Assembly (NCBI GenBank): GCA_963804165.1
Contig: CAWDPO010000041.1
Span: 32,001-96,000 of the forward strand
DNA: 64,000 nt
Direction: 5' to 3'
Origin: an uncultured delta proteobacterium
Lineage (GTDB): Bacteria; Desulfobacterota; Binatia; UBA9968
Shown here: in pieces, positions 1 to 10,505 of the stretch
How the letters are laid out: each line of letters starts with the position of its first letter
Position numbering within the stretch: the first letter of the stretch is position 1
Program-made: the position numbers and the translations under genes
The notes under the pieces: model-generated
Told to the model about the DNA's origin: nothing
Seen by the model: only the letters and a program-made list of their open reading frames with translations
Database searches by the model: none

Positions 1-7
1 ATTTTGC

Positions 8-1657
8 GTGCTGTACTTTGTCCGTCCATTTGCAAGATCGAATACCGCGGCAATCGCCGAATCCGTCGATGAACGCCACGCAACGTTGGACTGCGCGGCC
101 GAAATCTCATTCGGCCGACGTGTGCGCTGGATCTGGTTGTCCTTTGTTCCATCAAGCCTCCTGCTTGGGGTTACGTCTTACATCACGACGGACATTATTT
201 CAGCGCCGCTCCTTTGGGTCGTGCCTCTCGTGGCATACCTGTTATCGTTCATTATCGCCTTTGGTCGCCCCGCGTGGACGGCAAATTCATTTCTGATTCG
301 CGGCCAGGCATTTGTGCTGCTCGGCGCAGCGATCACGATCTGGCTATACGCGACAAAACCTGAAGGAGTTATCCTACCTCTTCACCTGATCGCGTTTTTT
401 ACAACTTCGCTAGTCTGTCACGGTCAACTCGCCAACGACCGACCGAATGCCACACGTTTGACGGATTATTACTTTTGGGTCGCGCTCGGCGGCGCGCTCG
501 GCGGTGGGTTCAACGCACTCGTCGCGCCGTTTCTATTCAAAGGCGTGATTGAATATCCGCTTGTCATTGTTGCCGCGGCGTTCGCCCGCCCTTACATCGC
601 CGGAGAACCAGGATCGCAACTGAGCCGCCACTTGGATTGGTTACTTCCTGTGGTCATGGTTTCTCTGGTCTTATTGATCACGCGCGCGTTGAAACATACG
701 CAGATTTTACCGCCGGGCAACGATCGACTACTGATTGCTGGAGTAGCCGCAACGATCTGTTTTATTTTCGCTTACCGGCCCGTGCGATTTGGTTTGGGTA
801 TGTCGGCGATCATGCTTGCAATGCTTTGGTATCCGAGTCCATTGGGTCAGAGCTTGTATGTCGACCGGAGTTTTTTCGGTTCTTATCGAGCAACGTTGGA
901 TACTCCCGGCAAGAAACATCTCCTATTTCACGGAACGACCATTCACGGAGCGCAAAGCGTGAATCCACAAATGCGACTTCAGCCGCTTACGTATTATTAT
1001 CGTACAGGGCCGGCGGGACAAATCCTCGACTACCTTTCCAGGGCCCGAGTCGATGGCAACGTCGCGGTCGTCGGTCTAGGAACCGGCGCGCTTGCTTGTC
1101 ACGGGACTTCAAGTCAGAAGTTTACTTTTCTTGAGATCGATCCCGTCGTCGAAAAAATTGCACGTAATGCAAGACTTTTTACCTATCTTCGTGATTGCCC
1201 GCCGAAGATCGAAGTCGTGATCGGCGATGCGAGAATTTCCTTGTCTAGGTTGCCGAACCATGAGTTCGACCTTTTCGTTCTCGACGCATTTAGTTCCGAT
1301 GTGATTCCGGTCCACTTGTTGACGCGAGAAGCGCTTGAACTCTATCTCTCGAAAACCGCCTATGACGGCATCTTGTTGTTTCATATTTCAAATCGTTACT
1401 TGGACCTGGCGCCGGTGCTCGACAGGCTTGCCAATAGCCTGCGAACGGTCGGTTTGATTCAGAACGATTTCGACATTACTCGCGAGGAAAGTAGTGAAGG
1501 CAAGTCCGCTTCGCGTTGGGTGATGATGGCACGTAGCGAGAGAGTTTTAGGACAATTCCTCCCCGATAAGCGCTGGCGCCGTCTGGAGGGACGACTAGGC
1601 GGAGAATTGTGGACGGACGAATTCTCGGATGTTCTGAGAGTCATTAGCTGGAAGTAG
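8..1657 (+). CDS. Membrane protein fused to spermidine-synthase-like SAM-dependent methyltransferase domain (5' end outside window)
   Basis: Multiple TM segments, then VAVVGLGTG (SAM-binding), EIDP, GDAR, LDAFSSD..PVHLLTREA and WTDEFS motifs typical of fused MFS/spermidine synthase proteins. Confidence 0.85.
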   Translation: MLYFVRPFARSNTAAIAESVDERHATLDCAAEISFGRRVRWIWLSFVPSSLLLGVTSYITTDIISAPLLWVVPLVAYLLSFIIAFGRPAWTANSFLIRGQAFVLLGAAITIWLYATKPEGVILPLHLIAFFTTSLVCHGQLANDRPNATRLTDYYFWVALGGALGGGFNALVAPFLFKGVIEYPLVIVAAAFARPYIAGEPGSQLSRHLDWLLPVVMVSLVLLITRALKHTQILPPGNDRLLIAGVAATICFIFAYRPVRFGLGMSAIMLAMLWYPSPLGQSLYVDRSFFGSYRATLDTPGKKHLLFHGTTIHGAQSVNPQMRLQPLTYYYRTGPAGQILDYLSRARVDGNVAVVGLGTGALACHGTSSQKFTFLEIDPVVEKIARNARLFTYLRDCPPKIEVVIGDARISLSRLPNHEFDLFVLDAFSSDVIPVHLLTREALELYLSKTAYDGILLFHISNRYLDLAPVLDRLANSLRTVGLIQNDFDITREESSEGKSASRWVMMARSERVLGQFLPDKRWRRLEGRLGGELWTDEFSDVLRVISWK

Positions 1658-2053
1658 CCTTCCTAAAAGCGTTTCCGATAGGTGCACGAAAGGCCGTTGG
1701 CGTCGGCGTTGCGATGCTTCAATAAGATCCGCGCGTCGCCCGGAGAGTAGACGCCGATTAAATCAGATCGAGAAACTGCCGTACCGATAATCTGTGCGAT
1801 CCTGTAATCGGTGGGCAGTCGGCGTAACTCAGCCCCGACCACGTCTCGCAACGAGCAATCTTAGACTCCGCCTGACTGATTTCACTGGCCCTCGGACGCC
1901 AAAGCGATGGCGGATTGGTGCTGTGATGGCACTCTTGGCCGTACCCGTACCGAGTTTCCCGTGGCGGGCATGGATAAGTTTCGTTGAAGCTCACCGGCCG
2001 TCTCTTTAGAGAAGCCGGAATACGACAAGTGAGTTCGGATAGCCAAAGGAGAT

Positions 2054-3231
2054 TCAGCGCAAATTTCCTGTGTGGCCCAATGAGTATCTTCCCGGCTGCG
2101 GCCAGACGGTGAGGCCGTGCGGTTCGCTTTTCACTGGAATTTTCTTGACGCTGCCGGAAGTCGTGTCAAAAACGTAAACCTCGTTGTCGTATCGCCCGGA
2201 TAGCCAGAGTTGTTTGCCGTCAATGGTGACATTGCCCATGTCCGGGCTACCGCCGCCAGGTATGGGCCAAGTCGCGGTTACTTTCCGCGTGGCGAAATCA
2301 ATGATGGAAACACTGCCCTTTCCTTTTGGGGGGCCGTAGACGCGGGCGACGCCGCGATTGGCGACATAGAACTTCGTCCCATCGCGGCTAGGGTAAAGAC
2401 CGTGGGTGCCGAGGCCGGTTTTGATATGGCCGATCTCGACGAATTTGTCGCCGTCAATGACAAACACGCCTTCGGCCTTCATATCGGCGACGTAAAATAC
2501 TTTGCCGTCGGGCGAGACGCGCACGTCCTGGGGCATGCCGCCTTTGGAAAGCTTCAAATAGCCAAGCACTTTCTTGGTCGACGAGATCGACTTTGGCGAG
2601 CTGCGCCGCCGTATTCACAGGTAAAAATAGCGTAACGCCCGTCGATGGAAAAATCGGCGTGATTGATGCCCGGGCAGCTTGGCGTGTCGATCGAATATTT
2701 CATCGCCATGGTCTGCGGATCACGAAAATCGAGCCGCTTGCGCGCTTCGGCGACAATGATCGCCGCGCTGCCGTCGGGGGTGAAATACATATTGTAGGGA
2801 TCGTCGACCGGAATATTTTTTCCGGGCTTGCCGGTCAGCGGATCGATCGGCGTGACGCTGCCGTCATGACGACCTTCGGCGTTGTTGTTGACCCAGAGAG
2901 TTTTCAAATCCCACGACGGCACGACGTGCTGCGGATGGATGCCGACTTTGAATTTATCGATGACTTTGAGCGTTACGGGATCGATGACCCAAACATCGTT
3001 GGAGCTGCGATTCGGAACATAAACGCGCGACAGATGGTTGGCGACGACCGGGCTGAGTTTGTCGGAGCGTGTTTCGCTATAGAGATTATTCGGGTCGATC
3101 ACCGGCGGCATGCCGGGGACGGTTTGTATGGCGCGCGCTGCAGGCTCGGCAGCGATTGCGGGCGATGAGGAGACTAAAAACGATATGATAAGGGTTAGGA
3201 GCGCTAAGGCAGAAATTCGACAATCCCGCAT
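2054..3231 (-). CDS. Secreted YVTN/YncE-family beta-propeller protein (two apparent +1 frameshifts near 2570-2605)
   Basis: GGAGG RBS before ATG 3231; signal peptide; repeated SPDG/TPDG..YVAN blades; ORFs 2554-3681 and 2054-2569 join as EYGG|QLAKVDLVDQ|KVLGY if two extra bases are removed. Confidence 0.75.
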
Positions 3232-3335
3232 TACTTCGACCTCCAACGAACAAACACCAACCAGCCAAGCTTGTGTTTTGCTCGGCGAGTTGGTGCATGT
3301 TAGACGAAAAATTACGGGAATTCGAGATAATTGAA

Positions 3336-5651
3336 CTAGGCGGCGCTCTTTTTCTTGCTCTTTTGCAGCGCCCAAAAAACGTTTTCGGGCTTGAGCGGCA
3401 GGTCGTAAACGCGCACTCCAATGGCATCGGCGACCGCATTGCCGATGGCAGCGGGTGTCGGCGCGAGTCCGGGTTCGCCGAGACCTTTGGCCCCGTACGG
3501 TCCTTCGGGCTCGGCGCACTCGACGATGATCGGGATCATCTTCGGCACGTCCAATGATGTAACCAGGTGATAATCGAGGAACGAGGGGTTGCGCACCTTG
3601 CCGGTGTTGTCGATGATCATTTCCTCGTGCAGCGCGGAACCGATGCCCATGGCGACGCCACCTTCGATCTGCGCGACGCAATTGAGCGGGTTGATCGCCT
3701 TGCCGACATCATGGGCCGCGGACATGCGTAGCAAGCGTACCCGGCCGCTTTCTTCATCGACCATCACTTCGGCGGCCTGCGTGGCGTACATATAAAACGC
3801 CGAGGCGTGATCGCTGTGGCCGGTCTCCAGATCCAAGTCCTTGCCGATCTCATAGGTGTAGGATGCGTCGCCGCGCACGATGCCATTGATGCCGAGTTTT
3901 CGCTTTACAACTTCGCCGATGGGCAGCGCCTGCTGCGGCTGGTCTTTGAGAAATACTTTACCTTCGGCGTAATCGAGGTCTTGCGCCTTGGCTTCGAGCA
4001 TCGGGCTTGCCGCTTCCATGATCTGCTCGCGCGCATGAATCGCCGCGCGGCGCACGGCGTTGCCCATATGATAGGTGCTGCGGCTCGAGGTGGTGGAAGC
4101 GTCGTAGGGTATGACATCGGTGTCGAGCTGGTGCATGTGGACCTTGTCCATCGGCACCTTGAGCTCTTCTGCAGCGACTTGGGAGAGAATGGTGTTGCAA
4201 CCCTGGCCGATCTCCACGGTTCCGGCGAGCACGGTCACTTCTCCTTGCGCGTTGACGGTGACGCCGGCGTTGGAAGTGGTCGGTGAGCGGGTCGGCTTCT
4301 GGATGCAGGCGAAGCCTTTGCCGATTTTCACTCCCGGCTTGGTTGGCTGCGCCGGCTTGCCCCAGTCGATCGCTTCCGTCGCCTTGACGAGCGTTTCTTT
4401 GAGCCCCACGGCGTGAAGCTGCTCGCCCCAGTAAGAGATATCGCCCTCGACGAAGATATTCTTCATGCGAATGTCGAGCGCATCCATGCCGAGCTTTTTG
4501 GCGATCTCGTCCAACTGCTGTTCGCCGGCCCATGCGCCCTGCGGAATACCGTAGCCGCGATAGGAACCGGCGACGGGTTTGTTGGTGTAAACGGCATAGC
4601 CATCGACTTTGACATGTGGAATGCGATACGGCCCCGGCGCCGGCAGGCTGCCGCGGATGCAAACCGTCGGGCTTTTTTCGGCGTAGGCGCCGGCGCCCCA
4701 GTAAATCGTCATCTCGCGCGCTACCAAGGTGCCGTCTTTTTTCACGCCGGTTTTTGAGTAGACCACCGCCTCGTGGCGGGTCAAGGTTGAGATGAAAGTT
4801 TCCTCGCGGTTGAACTTTACGCGCACGGGCCGGCCGTTGGTATGGAAAGCCAGCGCGACCGCGATCGGTTCGACTTTCAAGCCGCCTTTGGAGCCGAAGC
4901 CGCCGCCCTGCGCCGGATTGATGAAGCGAATCTTATCCTTGGTCATGTTCAAGGCTTCGGTGATCTCATGCAGCGCGCGAAACGGCGCGTCGTTGGCGAC
5001 CCAAAGCGTCAAGCGGCCGCTCTCCTTGTCCCATTGAGCATGGGCCGAGTGCGGTTCCATGGCGGCGTGCTGAATCATCGGCACGAAATATTTTTCTTCG
5101 AGAACGAGGTCGGATTCTTTGAAGCCTTTCGAGACATCGCCGGTACGTAGCTTGAAATGCTCGGCGATGTTGGCGTGCGGTCCCGGCACGATGAAATCGA
5201 CTTTGCGATATTTGGGAAAATCCTCGTGAATCGCGATCGCCCCCGGTTTAGCGGCTTCCTCCGGGTCGGTGTAGACTGGCAGATCTTCGTACTCGACTTC
5301 GATGAGCTTCACCGCTGCTTGCGCGATATCTTCATCTTCCGCCGCTACCGCCGCTACGGGTTCTCCGATATAGCGCACTTTGCCTTGAGCGAGAAAAGGT
5401 TTGTCTTTAATCGATTCGCCGTGCGTCCAAGGCGCGTCTTCGCCGGTCACCACAGCGACGACGCCGGGCAACTGCTTGGCTTTCTCCGTGTTGATTTTTT
5501 TGATCTTGGCATGGGCCTTGGTGCTAAATAGCGTCTTGCCATAGAGCATATTGGGCAACACGAGGTCATAGCCATAGACAATTTGCCCGGTAACTTTCTC
5601 GTTGGCATCGACCCGGGTGACTGGTTTTCCGACGACTGTGAGTTCGGACAT
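3336..5651 (-). CDS. Xanthine dehydrogenase family molybdopterin-binding (large) subunit
   Basis: GGGFGSK, YRGYG, QIEGG and GAKGLGE motifs; 771 aa; in operon with 2Fe-2S and FAD subunits. Confidence 0.93.
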   Translation of the reverse strand: MSELTVVGKPVTRVDANEKVTGQIVYGYDLVLPNMLYGKTLFSTKAHAKIKKINTEKAKQLPGVVAVVTGEDAPWTHGESIKDKPFLAQGKVRYIGEPVAAVAAEDEDIAQAAVKLIEVEYEDLPVYTDPEEAAKPGAIAIHEDFPKYRKVDFIVPGPHANIAEHFKLRTGDVSKGFKESDLVLEEKYFVPMIQHAAMEPHSAHAQWDKESGRLTLWVANDAPFRALHEITEALNMTKDKIRFINPAQGGGFGSKGGLKVEPIAVALAFHTNGRPVRVKFNREETFISTLTRHEAVVYSKTGVKKDGTLVAREMTIYWGAGAYAEKSPTVCIRGSLPAPGPYRIPHVKVDGYAVYTNKPVAGSYRGYGIPQGAWAGEQQLDEIAKKLGMDALDIRMKNIFVEGDISYWGEQLHAVGLKETLVKATEAIDWGKPAQPTKPGVKIGKGFACIQKPTRSPTTSNAGVTVNAQGEVTVLAGTVEIGQGCNTILSQVAAEELKVPMDKVHMHQLDTDVIPYDASTTSSRSTYHMGNAVRRAAIHAREQIMEAASPMLEAKAQDLDYAEGKVFLKDQPQQALPIGEVVKRKLGINGIVRGDASYTYEIGKDLDLETGHSDHASAFYMYATQAAEVMVDEESGRVRLLRMSAAHDVGKAINPLNCVAQIEGGVAMGIGSALHEEMIIDNTGKVRNPSFLDYHLVTSLDVPKMIPIIVECAEPEGPYGAKGLGEPGLAPTPAAIGNAVADAIGVRVYDLPLKPENVFWALQKSKKKSAA

Positions 5652-5672
5652 GGTTTTCCTCCTGAGGTAGAT

Positions 5673-5755
5673 CGTTCAAGGTTCAAACGTTCACGTTCAA
5701 ACCGGTAGGAGAAATCGTCGATGAAGCGATTGAACGATTTGAACGCTCTTGAACA
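5673..5755. repeat. Inverted array of GTTCAA / TTGAAC short repeats
   Basis: cgttcaag gttcaaa cgttca cgttcaaa (5673-5701) facing ttgaacga tttgaacg ctcttgaac (5730-5754). Confidence 0.65.
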
Positions 5756-6227
5756 CGCTCATGTTCAACATCGCCGCCGCATCCTGAACCGCCTGGATGA
5801 TCTTCGCGTAGCCGGTGCAGCGGCAAAGGTTGCCGGATAGGGCGTAGCGAATCTCGTCTTCGCTGGGATTTTGATTTTCATCGAGAAGCGCCTTCGACAT
5901 CATCAACATGCCTGGCGTGCAGTAGCCGCACTGAGCGCCGCCGTCTTGGATGAAAGCTTTTTGAATCGGGTGAAGCTCCGGGCCGATCTTGAGTCCTTCG
6001 ATGGTGACGATATCAGCGCCTTCGAGCTCGCCGGAGAGAACCAAACAGGAATTGACCGGCTTGCCGTTCAGGAAAACCGTGCAAGCGCCGCAATCGCCGG
6101 TGCCGCAGCCTTCCTTCGTCCCGGTGGCACCGATTTCGTCGCGCAACAGATCGAGCAGAAGGCGATGGTTAGGAACTTCACGGCTCACGCGAGTGCCGTT
6201 TAGGGTAAATTGAATCTGCTTCTTCAT
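5697..6227 (-). CDS. XDH-family (2Fe-2S)-binding small subunit
   Basis: GCGTGDCGACTV, QCGYCTPG and NLCRCTGY motifs; C-terminal tail runs into the GTTCAA repeat. Confidence 0.95.
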   Translation of the reverse strand: MKKQIQFTLNGTRVSREVPNHRLLLDLLRDEIGATGTKEGCGTGDCGACTVFLNGKPVNSCLVLSGELEGADIVTIEGLKIGPELHPIQKAFIQDGGAQCGYCTPGMLMMSKALLDENQNPSEDEIRYALSGNLCRCTGYAKIIQAVQDAAAMLNMSVFKSVQIVQSLHRRFLLPV

Positions 6228-6245
6228 GGCAACCTCAAATCAAAT

Positions 6246-6331
6246 TGGAGTACTGGAGTGCTGGAGTAATGGAGTGTTGGGTCTGATTCCGGAAACCCAT
6301 TATTCCAATACTCCAATACTCCATCACTCCA
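6246..6331. repeat. Intergenic inverted array of 8-mer repeats (TGGAGTxx / xxACTCCA)
   Basis: tggagtac tggagtgc tggagtaa tggagtgt tgggt ... acccat tattccaa tactccaa tactccat cactcca can fold into a long hairpin. Confidence 0.8.
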
Positions 6332-6335
6332 TTCT

Positions 6336-7245
6336 TCAATATCTTCGATCGCGCCGGTCGACCCAGGACTTCGCCGGCCCCACGGCGGCGTTGAGAATCG
6401 CGCGCTTGGTCATGACGCCGACCATGGCGCGGCGATAATCCGCCGATGAGCGCACGTCGCTGATCGGTTTACTTTCTCTTGCCGCTTCATCGCCGACCTT
6501 TGCGGCAAGCTCTTCGGTCAAGACTCTGCCTTCGAGCAGCGCCTCGGAGTTTTTCGCTCGGATCGGCGTCGGCGCCACCGCGCCGAGGACAATCCTGACT
6601 CCCTGACATTTCTTGTCGCTCCCGAGGTTGTAAGCGACTGCGACGCCGATGTAGGCGAGGTCCATCATATCGCGCGGCGAGAACTTGATGTATTCGCCAA
6701 CCAATTGCGAGCCGGTCTTGGGAATGATGATTTCAGTCAGGATCTCATCGGCGTTCATGACGTTTTGCCCAGGTCCGCGAAAAAATTCTTCCAGGGCCAC
6801 GGTTCGCTCAGCATCCGCGCTGGCAATCTTTGCCGTCGCGTTCAGCGCGATCAGGCTTGGCGCCGACGTCGGCGGACGGCGTCGCATTGGCCATATTGCC
6901 GCCGATCGTTGCGCGGTTGCGGATCTGAATCGACCCGACTTCGGCGGCGCTTTGAGCGAGAAATGGGTATTTCTTCGTGATCACAGCCGACGTCTCGATT
7001 GCGTACATCGTAGTAAGCGCGCCGATGGTGATTGTGCCGTCGTTGTTCTCGCGGATGCTGTTGAGACCGGGCACACGTTTGAGATCGACGATATATTTCG
7101 GCAGCAGTCCCTTTTCCTTCATGGCGATGACTAGGTCGGTGCCGCCGGCGAGAAATCGGCCGCCGGGGCCGTTCTCTTTGAGTAGCCGGCTCGCTTCCGC
7201 GAGGGTCGCCGGCTGATAAAAATCGAATGGTTCTGTGCGTTTCAT
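6336..7245 (-). CDS. XDH-family FAD-binding (medium) subunit, +1 frameshift near 6867
   Basis: LAGGTDL and QIRNRATIGGN..NATPSAD in ORF 6808-7245 continue as SAPSLIAL...LGAVAPTP...PISDVRSSADYR in ORF 6336-6887. Confidence 0.9.
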
Positions 7246-7270
7246 GAAAACACTGCTTCGGAAAGAGAGC

Positions 7271-7301
7271 GCGGAGGGCTGAGTTTTTCTCAGCCCTCCG
7301 C
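7271..7301. terminator. Perfect 13-bp intergenic hairpin (terminator or mRNA-stabilising stem)
   Basis: GCGGAGGGCTGAG-TTTTT-CTCAGCCCTCCGC between amidohydrolase and FAD subunit genes. Confidence 0.55.
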
Positions 7302-7324
7302 ATTCGTTAACGGTTAGTCTAACG

Positions 7325-8695
7325 TCAGATTAGAGGTTTGAGCGCCTTGCCGATCGCCTTGCCGCAAGGCTCGCCGTCTCTCATCTGCACGTGGCCGCGC
7401 ACCACGGTCAATATTGGCATGCCTTTGACTTTCCAGCCATGCCACGGCGAAGGTTTGTTCTTGCTGTGCAGCTTGTTGACGTCGATGGTGCTTTCCTTGT
7501 CCATGTCGACGACCGTGATGTCGCCGTCGGAGCCCAAACGGATGGCGCCTTTCTTCGGATAGACCTGCCAAACTTTGGCCGGATTCTCGGACGCGACTTT
7601 CACATATTGATTGAGCGTCAATCTGCCTTTGTTCACTTCGGTCAAGATCAGCGGCACGCCAGTCTCGACGCCGCAGAAGCCGGAGATACAATCCCAGATT
7701 GCCGGCTTGGTGAGCTTGCCGTAGAGATCCGAGCCTTTCTCGTCCAAGGTGTGCGGCGAGTGGTCGGTCGCCAGCGTGTCGACGAATCCTTCGCGCAGAC
7801 CTTGCCAGAGCACTTCCGCATGATCTTTGGTGCGCACCGGCGGGTTCATCTTCAAGAGCGAGCCGACGTTGTCCATGTCATTGGGTTCGCGCAGCAAATA
7901 GTGCGGCCCGGTTTCGGCCGTGACTCTCAGACCGCGCGCTTTGGCGTCGCGCACCATATAAGCAGCCTGCTTCGAGCTCATGTGGAAAACATGTAGCTTC
8001 GTGCCAAAAGTCTCGGCAAAGAAGAGCGCGTGGTGCACGGACTCGGCTTCGCAGATATCCGGGCGGGAAGCTTCCCAGTAGCGCGCATCGTTTTTATTTT
8101 CTTGTTTAAGCTTGTTGGTGCAATACGCCATGATCTGGCGATTTTCGGCATGGATCCCCAACGGCAGTTTCGATTGCGCGATGTAATCGAAGGCTTCCAC
8201 GCACATGCCGTCGTCGGGGAAGGGGAGGTTGCCGATGGTTTCTCCGAAGAAAATTTTGTAGCCGATGGCGCCCGCGGCGGCCATAGGAAGAATATCCTTG
8301 GTATTGGTTTGCACGACGACGCCGGTGATGCCGAAGTCGACCAGCGACTTGGCTTCGCCGAGGCCCTTCTTGACCTTTACCTGTTCGGCGTCGGCGGTTG
8401 GCGGCACCGTGTTCGGCATGTCGACGACAGTGGTGATGCCGCCGCAAACCGCCGCCGTTGAGCCGGTAGTGAAATCTTCCTTATGGGTCATGCCCGGCTC
8501 TCTAAAATGGACGTGGCCGTCGAAAAGACCCGGCAAAATATGTTTACCTTTGACGTCGATCTCCTCTTTGCCTTGGGGAAGCGAGTCATCGGCGCCGATG
8601 GCGACGATGACTTCGTTGCTGATCGCCACGCCACCCTTATAAGTTGCATCGGGTGTGACGACCCAGCCGTTCTTGATAACTAAATCTGCTGCCAT
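7325..8695 (-). CDS. Cyclic amidohydrolase (allantoinase/dihydroorotase/hydantoinase family)
   Basis: PGLFDGHVHFREPG, DMPNT, HAEN, KMNPP and ATDHSPH metal-binding motifs. Confidence 0.9.
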   Translation of the reverse strand: MAADLVIKNGWVVTPDATYKGGVAISNEVIVAIGADDSLPQGKEEIDVKGKHILPGLFDGHVHFREPGMTHKEDFTTGSTAAVCGGITTVVDMPNTVPPTADAEQVKVKKGLGEAKSLVDFGITGVVVQTNTKDILPMAAAGAIGYKIFFGETIGNLPFPDDGMCVEAFDYIAQSKLPLGIHAENRQIMAYCTNKLKQENKNDARYWEASRPDICEAESVHHALFFAETFGTKLHVFHMSSKQAAYMVRDAKARGLRVTAETGPHYLLREPNDMDNVGSLLKMNPPVRTKDHAEVLWQGLREGFVDTLATDHSPHTLDEKGSDLYGKLTKPAIWDCISGFCGVETGVPLILTEVNKGRLTLNQYVKVASENPAKVWQVYPKKGAIRLGSDGDITVVDMDKESTIDVNKLHSKNKPSPWHGWKVKGMPILTVVRGHVQMRDGEPCGKAIGKALKPLI

Positions 8696-8723
8696 GTTTT
8701 TTGTCCTTTCTCTGTATGATTTT

Positions 8724-9449
8724 TCAATGAGCTTTTGGCATCGTTCTCAGTCCGCGAATCTCTTGGCGTTGTTTGAGATCGGCCATGACGTTTTTCTTGC
8801 CGGCTTGAATGTGGTTGCGAAGGATGGCGACCGCTTCTGCCGGATCGCGCCGTTCCATCGCCTCCAAAAGCAACAAATGCTCCTGATGCGCTGCGGTCCC
8901 GCGGGCGGGATCGTACAATCCGTCGGTTCTGCGCTTCAGCACGATGCGCTCGAACACATGGCTCAATGTGTTTTTCAGAGTTTCATTGCCGGCCAGCTCG
9001 GCGATGGTCAGATGGACGTCCTGATCGTACACCAAGCGCTCGCGGGTAAACCTATTTTGCACGTCGCGGCCGTAGGAATTTATCTTCGCGCGCAAGGCGC
9101 GCGAGAGCGCCGAGTCGGTGAGATTCGCGATGGCTTTCTCCACGGTGAAAGCTTCCAGTGCTTCGCGCAGCTCATAGAGCTCCTCCGCCTCTTGCATTCT
9201 AATTTCTTTGCAGGTAAAACCGCGATTTGGCAGAAAGGAGACGTATCCTTCCTGAACAAGTCTAGTTAAGGCTTCGCGTACCGGAGTCCGGCTTACGCCG
9301 AGACGCTCGCTCAGCTGTTGGTGATGCAGCTTTTGTCCCGGCATGATCTCGTTACATAGAATCAAATTTTTAATTTCGTCGTAAACGCGAGTTGAAAGAT
9401 TTTCAACCACGCGTGGTTTGGTTTTGGATCGTTTGAGCGGATAGGCCAT
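8724..9449 (-). CDS. GntR-family regulator (FadR/FCD type)
   Basis: LGVSRTPVREAL winged HTH; FCD C-terminus (EH..LLEAM...A...H). Confidence 0.92.
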   Translation of the reverse strand: MAYPLKRSKTKPRVVENLSTRVYDEIKNLILCNEIMPGQKLHHQQLSERLGVSRTPVREALTRLVQEGYVSFLPNRGFTCKEIRMQEAEELYELREALEAFTVEKAIANLTDSALSRALRAKINSYGRDVQNRFTRERLVYDQDVHLTIAELAGNETLKNTLSHVFERIVLKRRTDGLYDPARGTAAHQEHLLLLEAMERRDPAEAVAILRNHIQAGKKNVMADLKQRQEIRGLRTMPKAH

Positions 9450-9457
9450 GGATGATT

Positions 9458-9518
9458 TTTTGTATGCAAAAGTTTATGCAACGTTGCGAAACCTATCCGA
9501 TCCAATTGTTGTTGTCAA
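9458..9518 (-). promoter_or_regulatory. Sigma70-like promoter for gntR plus candidate GntR operator
   Basis: Minus strand TTGACA-N17-TAGGTT (9518-9490); imperfect palindrome TTTTGTATGCAAAA (9458-9471) with a second TATGCAA half-site. Confidence 0.5.
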
Positions 9519-9666
9519 CGAACGTCCAGGTACGCTTGCAAAATCAAATGGAAATGATAAGGAGTCATGCGATTTGAAGGTCGCGCGACGTTGACGCGGT
9601 TGATGCAGAAAAGAATTTTCGCAGAGTAACACCGAAAACCAATTTTACTTTTTCTAAGGAGGCTAT

Positions 9667-10482
9667 GTGGCACAGACCAAGTTACAGGCGGTCGGATTAC
9701 GGCACGAATATTATCAGCCGAGAACGGGCGGCAGGCTGTTGGCTCTGGATAACATCAATTTGCAGGTCGATGACGGCGAGTTCGTTACCATCGTCGGCCC
9801 CAGCGGTTGCGGCAAAACCACCTTCATCAATCTCTGCGACGGCTTGCTCAAGCCGACGGCGGGACACATCGCCATTGACGGTGTGCCCGTGACCGGCCCG
9901 GGCAGCGACCGCGGCATGGTGTTTCAGGATTCCTGCTTGATGCCCTGGCGCACGGTTGCCAAAAACGTAATTTTTGGCCTCGAATGCCAAGGCCGGGATA
10001 ACTCGGACGGCCAGGCGCGCGCTGCAGAATTTATCAAATTGGTCGGTTTGCAGGGGTTTGAAGATCATTACCCGCACGAACTCTCCGGCGGTATGCAACA
10101 GCGGTGCAATCTCGCTCGCGCTCTCACCGTGGATCCCAAGATCTTGATTATGGACGAGCCGTTCGCGGCTCTTGACGCCCAGACACGCGAAATCATGCAG
10201 TCTGAGTTGCTGCGTATTTGGAACCAGGCAAGGAAAACGATACTTTTCATCACTCACCAGATCAATGAAGCGATTTACCTCGCCGATCGGGTGATCGTTT
10301 TCGGCGCGCGTCCCGGCAAAGTAAAAGAGATGATCAAAATCGATCTGCCGCGGCCGCGCGCCCTTTCGATCAAGCGCGATCCGCGATTCTTGCAATACGA
10401 AGACAGACTTTGGAATTTGATCGAAGAAGAAGTCAAAAAGACCATGATCCAAGATCAGGTCGTGCACAACATCAACAACTAA
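9667..10482 (+). CDS. ABC transporter ATP-binding protein (NitT/TauT type)
   Basis: GPSGCGKT, LSGGMQQR, MDEPFAALD, ITH motifs; TauB-like C-terminus. Confidence 0.93.
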   Translation: MAQTKLQAVGLRHEYYQPRTGGRLLALDNINLQVDDGEFVTIVGPSGCGKTTFINLCDGLLKPTAGHIAIDGVPVTGPGSDRGMVFQDSCLMPWRTVAKNVIFGLECQGRDNSDGQARAAEFIKLVGLQGFEDHYPHELSGGMQQRCNLARALTVDPKILIMDEPFAALDAQTREIMQSELLRIWNQARKTILFITHQINEAIYLADRVIVFGARPGKVKEMIKIDLPRPRALSIKRDPRFLQYEDRLWNLIEEEVKKTMIQDQVVHNINN

Positions 10483-10505
10483 AGAGTCGCGGACAGGGAT
10501 TGAAT

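Noticed and set aside
1663-2009. Short overlapping ORFs between convergent genes
   Set aside because: No recognisable domain or translation signals
3336-5651. Aerobic CO dehydrogenase CoxL
   Set aside because: Active-site loop is SYRGYG, not AYxCSFR
5673-6331. CRISPR array
   Set aside because: Units are 6-8 bp, inverted and without unique spacers; no cas genes in the window
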